The notes under the pieces are model-generated. The model searched no databases. It was not told the DNA's origin and saw only the letters and a program-made list of their open reading frames with translations. The position numbers were made by a program, and so were the translations under genes. Of a stretch of DNA of 20,000 nt, positions 6,730 through 13,938 are shown piece after piece (positions within the stretch are counted from its first letter, which is position 1; each line of letters opens with the position of its first letter). The DNA is taken from contig CAYPCY010000002.1 of NCBI GenBank assembly GCA_964409385.1, positions 187,960-207,959 of the forward strand. Direction: 5' to 3'. Source of the DNA: an uncultured Methanosarcinales archaeon (lineage in GTDB: Archaea; Nanobdellota; Nanobdellia; Woesearchaeales; CAYPCY01).

Positions 6730-7044
6730 TTATAGAATTCTTAATGATTGTATTTTTTTCTTAATTACTTTCTTTCCGGGTAGTTTATCTAGTAGTTTGT
6801 GGTAGTATAGTGAACTATGTAGTGGTCTGTCAATCTTGTAAATTTCTCCTCTTGTTTTTCCTGGATAGTGTGTATTGTAGAATTTGTATGGGTCTCCTTG
6901 ATATCTGCTTGCTAATGGTAATTTATTCAGGTCTCCTTGTCTTTTTATTTTAGTGTATAATGCATTGTTTTTTCTTTGTAATTGTCCTCTAGAAAGTTCA
7001 GGATAGTTTTTTCTTGCTTTATTAATTGCTTTGTCTATGCTCAT
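6730..7044 (-). CDS. Basic hypothetical protein with two internal ~30-aa repeats (possible DNA-binding)
   Basis: YPELSRGQLQRKNNALYTKIKRQGDLNKLP vs YPGKTRGEIYKIDRPLHSSLYYHKLLDKLP. ATGA overlap with the upstream gene. Confidence 0.7.
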   Translation of the reverse strand: MSIDKAINKARKNYPELSRGQLQRKNNALYTKIKRQGDLNKLPLASRYQGDPYKFYNTHYPGKTRGEIYKIDRPLHSSLYYHKLLDKLPGKKVIKKKIQSLRIL

Positions 7045-8303
7045 TTGTAAAATGCCTCATAATCATTGTGATTTGTAAAATATTTAAATATTTCTACTGT
7101 TAGTGTTTTATCTTCATTTCTTGATACTTCAAATAATGCTCTTCTTCTTCCAAATCCTTCTCTTCTGTAGTGGCCTTCGTGTCCTCTGGAAGTTGCGCAA
7201 CTGTCATAGAATGATGCTCTTACTATTTTTGAAAATTTCATTATTCTTCTTCCTGTATTGAATGGATTTTCTAATAATTGTTTTTCTATATTGTCTCTGT
7301 CTTTTCTGTTTTCTATTATTGTTAGGCCTTCAATGTATACTTTTGGTTTGTCTTCGCTTATTAGTGATCTTATTTTTTTTGCTGTTGTGAATCTTTTCTT
7401 TCTGTATTTGGGCAGTATTCCTCTTACTCCGTTGTACGCGTCTAGTAAGTCTTCTAGTGCGTATTTGTATTCTTGAAAGTTTTCTTTTAGTATTGCACTT
7501 TTTTTGAATAATGGGGTTGCTTCTTGTTTTCTGTATCCGTGTGTTTCAAATATGTTTTCTATGCAATTAATGAATTGTTTTATTTCTTTATAGTTTGGAA
7601 GTTCTATTAGGTTTTTTGCTTTTCTTCCTTTTATTCCTCTTGTTTTAAGAAAGTCTATTTCTTCTTTATCATATTGTGTTGGTTTGTATGGTATTATTAT
7701 TTTAGGTGTTTTTTTAATTATTTTTTGGATTATTGCAGGTTTTTTAGTTATTGGTTTTTTAAGTATTATTTTTCTTGCTCTTGATCTGTTTATTTCTTTA
7801 TTTAATGTTTTTATTAGTGTTTCTTCTACTTGTTCGTTAGAAATGTGTATTTTAGTAGTTTGTAATTGGGATATCAGGTTTAAGTTTGTTTCTAGGTTTA
7901 GAATATTGTTTTTAGTATCGACTATTTTGTTTAGTGTTTTGTTTACTAGGGTGTTTGTTTTATGAAGGTCTTTCTTGTCTAGTTTAATTTCGTTTTCGTC
8001 ATAGAGATTCCCAAATATGTTGTTTTGTTTTTTTACATATGTAGATATTTTTTTTAGTTCGTGAAGATTTTGCATAACTTCTCTGTTTGCTTCACTAAAC
8101 GCGTATCTGTAACTTTCTATTTTGTCTACTAGGGGGTCTATGTATGGTATGAATTTTTCAATATTTATTGTTTTGTATGTTGTATTTTCTGGTTTTATTT
8201 TAATTATTTTTTTCTCTCTTGGAGCTTTGAATTGTTTTTGTACTTCTATTATGGTATTTTCACTATTTTGCAGGATTTTTATTATGTTTTCTTCTAGGTT
8301 CAT
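7041..8303 (-). CDS. Hypothetical protein: helical/coiled-coil N-terminus, possible HigB/RelE-like C-terminal domain
   Basis: 420-aa ORF. The C-terminus RRALFEVSRNEDKTLTVEIFKYFTNHNDYE resembles the HigB ending (R-hydrophobic strand...F-x-x-H-x-[DE]-Y). The domain call is tentative. Confidence 0.6.
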   Translation of the reverse strand: MNLEENIIKILQNSENTIIEVQKQFKAPREKKIIKIKPENTTYKTINIEKFIPYIDPLVDKIESYRYAFSEANREVMQNLHELKKISTYVKKQNNIFGNLYDENEIKLDKKDLHKTNTLVNKTLNKIVDTKNNILNLETNLNLISQLQTTKIHISNEQVEETLIKTLNKEINRSRARKIILKKPITKKPAIIQKIIKKTPKIIIPYKPTQYDKEEIDFLKTRGIKGRKAKNLIELPNYKEIKQFINCIENIFETHGYRKQEATPLFKKSAILKENFQEYKYALEDLLDAYNGVRGILPKYRKKRFTTAKKIRSLISEDKPKVYIEGLTIIENRKDRDNIEKQLLENPFNTGRRIMKFSKIVRASFYDSCATSRGHEGHYRREGFGRRRALFEVSRNEDKTLTVEIFKYFTNHNDYEAFYK

Positions 8304-8402
8304 TGTTGTCGAGAATTGATAATATAATATAAAGATTGTGTTTGTTACTACGACTAAGTAATTAGACCAGTTTTATATATTATAATAAGTTCCTTCTAAA
8401 AA

Positions 8403-8744
8403 ATGAATCTAGTTGATGATATAAAGGATTGCTTATCTTTTTTTGACAGGCATAATATTGTTTATTCTGAAGATAAGAATTTAGAATTGGGAATTTCTTA
8501 TTTTAGTAGTGAGGATAATGATCTTGTTTTAGGCCTTGCTGATTTTAACAAGAAAATTCCTGATTATTATGAAGTTATATTTTATAAGAATAGGTTTGAA
8601 ATTTTTAAAAGAGAAGGAAGTAATAAAAAAACAGATTCGTTCTTTAGTAATTATGGAACTTTCATTATTAATAAGATTAAAGAGTATGAAAAAACTAAGG
8701 AGTGTAGGACTATTATTAGGACGATAGAGGATAAATTATGTTAA
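8403..8744 (+). CDS. Hypothetical protein (113 aa)
   Basis: ORF with TTTATATA at 8372. Overlaps the next gene by 7 nt. Confidence 0.65.
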   Translation: MNLVDDIKDCLSFFDRHNIVYSEDKNLELGISYFSSEDNDLVLGLADFNKKIPDYYEVIFYKNRFEIFKREGSNKKTDSFFSNYGTFIINKIKEYEKTKECRTIIRTIEDKLC

Positions 8745-9082
8745 ATATTGAACAATTGGTTAAGCTTCATGATTCTGGACTTTCAGTGGAATTATCTGAT
8801 GAAATAACTCCTTTAAAGGGATTGTATGATCCTTCTTTCTTTCATATTAAGCTTTTTGAAGAGAGTTTATTTTCTGAAATAGATAGGGATTTGACTATTC
8901 TTCATGAGTTTATTCATGCAAGGGATGATTTTTTTAATGGAAATTTATCTAAGGTTGTTTCTAACAATCCTTATTCTGGTAATAAGGATGATTATGAATT
9001 AGCTACTGAAAATGAAGCTAGGGAAGTTTATGCTAATAAGCCTGTAGTTCTTGATTATATTAAGAAGTCTTTTGATTTGTAA
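8738..9082 (+). CDS. Small HEXXH zinc metallopeptidase-like protein (ImmA/IrrE-like pattern)
   Basis: LKGLY...IKL...DLTILHEFIHA (HEFIH at 8903-8917), followed by ELATENEA with a candidate third-ligand Glu. Confidence 0.65.
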   Translation: MLNIEQLVKLHDSGLSVELSDEITPLKGLYDPSFFHIKLFEESLFSEIDRDLTILHEFIHARDDFFNGNLSKVVSNNPYSGNKDDYELATENEAREVYANKPVVLDYIKKSFDL

Positions 9083-9115
9083 ATATTTATATTCTAACTT
9101 TAATTGAACTAGTTA

Positions 9116-9832
9116 ATGAAGGACTTATTCAGTAAAAAATATGTTTATTTTGTTGGGAGAGGTAATGTCGCAATTAAGATTCTATTAAAAATAACAAAAG
9201 AACATTCTAATAAGTTATTAATTCAGGATGATGGTGGTTGGTTGACTTACGAACCTTTTGGTAGAAAATTAGGTTTTGAGATTACTAAAATAAGTTTAAA
9301 CAAGGATATTCATTTTAAGGATGCCGTTTTAATTCTTCATTCAATGGCGGGTTATCATAGTTTATTGGATATGAAAAACATTGAAAAACAATGTAAGAAG
9401 AATAATATTGTTTTAATTAATGATGCTTCTGGTTCTATTGGTTTGGAAGAGGCGAAAATAGGAGATTATATTTTAGTAAGTAGTAATAAGGATAAGCCCT
9501 TGAATTATGAAAGGGTTGGTATTATTGCTACTGATGAAAAACTAGATATTGAACAAGTAAAAATCAACAAGGAAGAATTTGCGAAAAAGTTAAAAGAATT
9601 ACCAGAGAGACTTAAATTCTTACAAGAAAAAAAGGAAAAAGCTAAAAACTTATTTAAAGATTTTAATATTGTAGAAAAGAAAGGTATTAATATCATTGTA
9701 TTATTCAATACTGAAGAAGAAAAAAACAATATAATAAAAATTTGCAAAAATAATAAATATGAATATACTGAATGTCCAAGATACATTAGATTATTAAAAA
9801 AAGGAATTTCAGTCGAGGTTAAAAGATGTTAA
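9116..9832 (+). CDS. Compact PLP-dependent aminotransferase-like (fold type I, DegT/class V-like) protein
   Basis: RGNVAI (phosphate-binding turn), LINDASGSIG (Asp position) and SSNKDKPL (candidate Schiff-base Lys). Short for the family. TTTATAT at 9086. Confidence 0.55.
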   Translation: MKDLFSKKYVYFVGRGNVAIKILLKITKEHSNKLLIQDDGGWLTYEPFGRKLGFEITKISLNKDIHFKDAVLILHSMAGYHSLLDMKNIEKQCKKNNIVLINDASGSIGLEEAKIGDYILVSSNKDKPLNYERVGIIATDEKLDIEQVKINKEEFAKKLKELPERLKFLQEKKEKAKNLFKDFNIVEKKGINIIVLFNTEEEKNNIIKICKNNKYEYTECPRYIRLLKKGISVEVKRC

Positions 9833-10218
9833 AAAGACCAGAAGGAATGAATGAAGTTGTTTATTTTACTAGAAGAACATTAGGTGATAAAGGAAAGATT
9901 ATGGCTTGGGCCTTAAAAAAAACATGTGATAAATGTAGTAATGCATTAATGGGCAAGCCTGTTGAAAAAGGAAAGGTTAAAATTAGGGCTAAAGAATATG
10001 TTTGTCCAAGTTGTGGTAATGTCGAAGAAAAGTTAGAGCATGAAAAGAAATTAGAAGTTTCTGTTGATTATACTTGTCCGCATTGTGAACATAAGGGTGA
10101 AGCTACTACTCCTTATCAAAGAAAAACTTTCAAAGGAGCTAAATCTTTTATTTTCAATTGTGGCAATTGCCAAGAAAAAATTGGAATATCAAAAAAAATG
10201 AAGAAGTTTAAGCAATAG
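9826..10218 (+). CDS. Multi-zinc-ribbon protein of unknown function
   Basis: Four CxxC pairs (CDKC, CPSC, CPHC, CGNC) in a basic protein. Overlaps the upstream gene by 7 nt and the tfb 3' end by 11 nt. Confidence 0.8.
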   Translation: MLKRPEGMNEVVYFTRRTLGDKGKIMAWALKKTCDKCSNALMGKPVEKGKVKIRAKEYVCPSCGNVEEKLEHEKKLEVSVDYTCPHCEHKGEATTPYQRKTFKGAKSFIFNCGNCQEKIGISKKMKKFKQ

Positions 10219-11098
10219 CTTTTAGATCAATATGGTTTTGAAGTTCTTTATACCTATTTCTTATAGTAACTTCAGTAACTCCAGCTTCTTCCCCAACTTT
10301 TTGTTGAGTAGTTTTTTCATCATTAATCATTGCTGCCATGTAAACTGCAGCTGCTGCAATTCCTTGAGGGCTCTTTCCAGAAGTTAATTCTGCCTTTTGA
10401 GCTCTTTCAATAATTGTAACTGCTAAAGTTTGTGTTTCAGGACTTAATTTTAATGAAGATGAAAGTCTTGCTACATAAGTTGCAGGATTTGTTGGCATAA
10501 TCTTTAATTCTAACCTTCTTGTTAAGAATCTGTAATTTCTACCTAGTTCTTTTTCTTCAATGCTCGTAGCATTTGAAAATTCTGATATTGTTCTAGGAAT
10601 TTCATTCTGTCTACATGCTGCATATACTGCTGCTGCTGAGATTATTTCAGTACTTCTTCCTCTAACTAGGCCTCTTTGTACTGCCATAGTATAGATTCTT
10701 GCTGATTCTTCTTCAACATTAGCAGGTAATTCTAAATATGATATTAATCTTTTAATTTCAGAAAGTGCAAGTTGTAAATTTCTTTCTATAGCAGTTCCTA
10801 CTCTTCTCTGCCATAATCTTAATCTGTAGAATTTGTCTCTTTGTCTTTTTGTTAATCTTGATAAGTCTGCTGATCTTCCAACTTCTGTTCCTAAGCCCTG
10901 ATCTGCCTGTGTATAAGTTAGTGGAGCGCCAGTTCTCCTTTTAGAACCGTCTGAAGATTCGAATTCTCTCCATTCCTTGTCAAAATCAACTAATTTGTCT
11001 TCTAGAACTAATCCGCACTCTTGGCATATGATCTCGCCTTTTTCGGCATGGTGTTTTAAATTTGAATTTCCACATTCCGGACATTTTTTAGCTTGCAT
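10208..11098 (-). CDS. tfb: Transcription initiation factor IIB (TFB)
   Basis: Zn ribbon CPECG...GEIICQECGLV, B-reader EWREF...RTGAP, two cyclin repeats (GLVRGRS; GKSPQGIAAAAVY) and the HTH GVTEVTIRNRYKEL. Confidence 0.97.
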   Translation of the reverse strand: MQAKKCPECGNSNLKHHAEKGEIICQECGLVLEDKLVDFDKEWREFESSDGSKRRTGAPLTYTQADQGLGTEVGRSADLSRLTKRQRDKFYRLRLWQRRVGTAIERNLQLALSEIKRLISYLELPANVEEESARIYTMAVQRGLVRGRSTEIISAAAVYAACRQNEIPRTISEFSNATSIEEKELGRNYRFLTRRLELKIMPTNPATYVARLSSSLKLSPETQTLAVTIIERAQKAELTSGKSPQGIAAAAVYMAAMINDEKTTQQKVGEEAGVTEVTIRNRYKELQNHIDLKAIA

Positions 11099-11178
11099 TT
11101 TAGTCTTTTGCCTAATACTCCTTACTTTATTGCAAGAATTTATTGGCCCCCAACAACTCTATAGTAGAAACACAAAGC

Positions 11179-11193
11179 TTTATAAATGTTTCG
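11179..11193 (-). promoter_or_regulatory. BRE/TATA promoter of tfb
   Basis: Minus strand reads CGAAACA-TTTATAAA, a canonical BRE plus TATA, about 80 nt upstream of the tfb ATG. Confidence 0.65.
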
Positions 11194-11253
11194 ATTAAAT
11201 TTCATGTGGAACTCTTGGAAATATATTTAAAGTTAAAGATTCTAGTCTGGGAA

Positions 11254-13317
11254 ATGAGTTATTTAATAACTAGCGCATTACCGTATGTAAATAACATTCC
11301 TCATCTAGGTAATTTAATTTGTGTCGTTAGTGCAGATGTTTATACTAGATTCTTAAGATCTAAAGGAGAAAAAGTAATTTCAGTATTAGGAACTGACGAG
11401 CATGGAACAACTACTGAAATAAAAGCTAAGGAAGAAAAACTAACTCCTAAACAATTAGTAGATAAATACTTCAAAATACACACTGAAATTTATAATTGGT
11501 TTAATTGTGACTTTGACTGTTACGGCAGAGCTTCAGACAAAGAAAATTATGATATTAGTCAAGATATATTCACTAAACTAAAAAAGAACGGTTTCATAAC
11601 AAAAAAGAAGATTAAACAATATTATGATGAGAAAGAAAAGACTTTCTTAGCGGATAGGTTTGTTAAGGGAAGTTGCAAATTTTGCAAGTTTGATGATGCT
11701 AAAGGTGATCAGTGTGATAATTGTGGTAAGTTACTAGAACCAAATGAATTACTAAAACCAACTTCTACATTGTCTGGAACTAAACCAATACTGAAACAAA
11801 CCGAACATTTCTATATTGAACTGAATAAATTAACTCCTGAATTAAAGAAGTGGATTAAACTAAACCAGAAATCATGGAGTAATAATGCATTATCAACAAC
11901 TAATTCTTGGTTGAAAGAAGGTTTGAGATCAAGAGCCATAACTAGGGATTTGAAATGGGGAATTCCAGTTCCTGTAAAAGGTTATGAAAATAAAGTGTTA
12001 TATTCTTGGTTTGATGCACCAATAGCTTATATTTCAATAACTAAGAGGGCAAGAAAAGATTGGAAGTCATGGTGGTTTAATGATAAAGTTAACCTGACAC
12101 AGTTCATGGGCAAGGATAATATTCCTTTCCACACAATATTATTTCCTGCTTATTTGATAGGAACCAAGGAAAAGTATACTTTGATGAAGACTATTAATGT
12201 TAATGAATACTTGAATTACGAATCTGGTAAATTCTCCAAATCAAGAGGTGTGGGTATTTTTGGGAATGATGCTATGAATACAGGAATTCACCCGGATATT
12301 TTCAGATTTTATATGATTATAAACAGGCCTGAAAAGTCTGATTCATTATTTACTTGGAAGGATTTTCAAGAAAAATTAAATTCTGAATTAGTAGGTAATT
12401 ATGGTAATTTGGTTAATAGAACTTTAACATTCATTAACAGGTTTTTTGAGTCTAAAATTCCTAGTTTGAAAAAGGAAGATTTAGTTTATAAGAAACAATT
12501 GAAGAAGATAGAATATCATTATGAAACTATAGAGTTGAAAAAGGCTTGTAAGGAAATATTAGAACTTTCCAAGCTTGGAAACCAGTATTTTCAAGAGAAT
12601 AAGCCGTGGGAATTAGTAAAGTCTAATTCTGAAAAGGCTGGTAATGTACTTGCTAATTTAGTAAAACTAATTAAAGACTTAGCAATATTGCTCGAGCCTA
12701 TAACCCCAGAAAAATCGAAGGAAGTATTTCAAATATTAGGAGTAAATCCTTCATGGAAAGATCTAAACAAAAAACTTGCTAAAAAACAAATTTTAGATGC
12801 AAGAATATTATTTGAGAAATTAGATGATATTAAAGAATTACAAGAAGAATTTTCTGGAAGGGAAGTCTTTGATGATTTAGACTTGAGAGTTGCCAAGGTA
12901 TTAAAGGTTGAAAAGCACGGCGATAACCTGTATAAATTACAAGTTTCTTTAGGTATGGAAAAGAGACAATTGGTTGCTGGCTTACAAAAACATTATTATC
13001 CTGAAGAGTTGAAAAATAAAAAAATAGTTATTGTTGCTAATTTAAAACCTGCAGTCTTAATGGGTGAAAAGAGTAAGGGTATGTTATTGGCAGCTAGTGA
13101 TAAGAAAAATGTTGGTTTATTAACTACTGATGCAAAGGTTAATTCTAGGGTTTCTGCAGGTAAGGAGGCAATTCCTAAAAAACAAGTTGATATTGATAAG
13201 GTTTTGAAGACAAAATTAGTTTCTAAAGAAGGAAAAATATTTTACAAGCATAGGAGATTATATGCTGATTCTAAAGATGTTGTTTGTGATAAGGATATTA
13301 CGGGCAGGGTTAGATAA
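11254..13317 (+). CDS. metG: Methionine--tRNA ligase with C-terminal tRNA-binding (OB) domain
   Basis: Start MSYLITSALPYVNNIPHLGN (HIGH-like), GTDEHG, Zn knuckle CKFC...CDNC, WFDAPIAY, GKDNIPFH, KFSKS and C-terminal LRVAKV...ANLKPA..MG..SKGMLLAA. TATA-like TATTTAAA at 11224 supports ATG 11254 over the ORF-track start 11143. Confidence 0.97.
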   Translation: MSYLITSALPYVNNIPHLGNLICVVSADVYTRFLRSKGEKVISVLGTDEHGTTTEIKAKEEKLTPKQLVDKYFKIHTEIYNWFNCDFDCYGRASDKENYDISQDIFTKLKKNGFITKKKIKQYYDEKEKTFLADRFVKGSCKFCKFDDAKGDQCDNCGKLLEPNELLKPTSTLSGTKPILKQTEHFYIELNKLTPELKKWIKLNQKSWSNNALSTTNSWLKEGLRSRAITRDLKWGIPVPVKGYENKVLYSWFDAPIAYISITKRARKDWKSWWFNDKVNLTQFMGKDNIPFHTILFPAYLIGTKEKYTLMKTINVNEYLNYESGKFSKSRGVGIFGNDAMNTGIHPDIFRFYMIINRPEKSDSLFTWKDFQEKLNSELVGNYGNLVNRTLTFINRFFESKIPSLKKEDLVYKKQLKKIEYHYETIELKKACKEILELSKLGNQYFQENKPWELVKSNSEKAGNVLANLVKLIKDLAILLEPITPEKSKEVFQILGVNPSWKDLNKKLAKKQILDARILFEKLDDIKELQEEFSGREVFDDLDLRVAKVLKVEKHGDNLYKLQVSLGMEKRQLVAGLQKHYYPEELKNKKIVIVANLKPAVLMGEKSKGMLLAASDKKNVGLLTTDAKVNSRVSAGKEAIPKKQVDIDKVLKTKLVSKEGKIFYKHRRLYADSKDVVCDKDITGRVR

Positions 13318-13319
13318 AC

Positions 13320-13351
13320 TTTATAAACTATAGCCGCTATAGTAGCTATAG
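13320..13351 (+). promoter_or_regulatory. TATA box plus triple CTATAG operator of the RHH/RelE-like operon
   Basis: TTTATAAA at 13320-13327. CTATAG at 13328, 13337 and 13346. Perfect inverted repeat ACTATAGC-C-GCTATAGT at 13327-13343. Confidence 0.75.
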
Positions 13352-13352
13352 G

Positions 13353-13556
13353 ATGATTACTACAATACAAATAAGTAAAGAATCTAAAGATCTAATTAGT
13401 TCTTTCGGGACAAAAAGTGATACTTATGAAGATATAATTAGAAGAATGTATGATCTTGCAGTTAAAGAACAATTAAGAGAATTCTTAATGTCTTCCAAGA
13501 ATACTATATCTATTGATGAGGCCAGAAGGAGATTAGAAAAGAAATGGCCAAGGTAG
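13353..13556 (+). CDS. Putative RHH-type antitoxin
   Basis: MITTIQISKESKDLI...TYEDIIRRM is a typical archaeal RHH antitoxin N-terminus, and ISIDEARRRL is a typical antitoxin tail. 13-nt overlap with the next gene. Confidence 0.75.
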   Translation: MITTIQISKESKDLISSFGTKSDTYEDIIRRMYDLAVKEQLREFLMSSKNTISIDEARRRLEKKWPR

Positions 13557-13885
13557 AAATAGTTGAATCATTATACGAAGCAATAGAAAAAAAGTTTAAG
13601 AGAGAAGCTCATAAAATAATTGATTTAATAGAAAGTTTAGAAGAATTACCTAATAAAGGAAAAATTCTGGGAAGTGTTGGTGGAATTCTTATTAAAGAAA
13701 TAAAATACAAGAATTTCAGGTTTTATTTTCTTGTAGACGGATTTAAATTGAAATTTTTATCTGAAAATGAATTAAAAGATTTATTATTAAGATTTGTTAG
13801 AATGTCTGATAAAAAACACCAACAAGAAACAATAAATGAAATAAGAATAATTTTAACAAAGATTGGGCCTGAAGGGTTTAAATAA
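13544..13885 (+). CDS. Putative RelE/ParE-superfamily toxin
   Basis: N-terminal strand-helix-helix, LEELPNKGKIL and IKEIKYKNFRFYF pattern. Located downstream of an RHH gene. Confidence 0.65.
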   Translation: MAKVEIVESLYEAIEKKFKREAHKIIDLIESLEELPNKGKILGSVGGILIKEIKYKNFRFYFLVDGFKLKFLSENELKDLLLRFVRMSDKKHQQETINEIRIILTKIGPEGFK

Positions 13886-13938
13886 TTGTGTTTTATTTTC
13901 GCAAATTTTATATAGTATTTCTGAGCCAATTTTAATTA

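Noticed and set aside
7258..8319. Plus-strand hydrophobic ORFs 7258-7476, 7684-7965 and 8122-8319
   Set aside because: Antisense to the Lys/Asn/Ile-rich 420-aa gene. The T-rich strand produces spurious Phe/Leu/Ile 'membrane' peptides.
8536..8727. Alternative-frame ORF inside 8403-8744
   Set aside because: Fully nested, non-ATG start, and no supporting signal.
9505..11198. ORFs 9505-9786 (-) and 10977-11198 (+)
   Set aside because: Antisense shadows of the PLP-like gene and tfb.
11143..11253. N-terminal extension of MetRS
   Set aside because: It overlaps the divergent promoters, and MetRS homology starts at MSYLITSALPY (11254).
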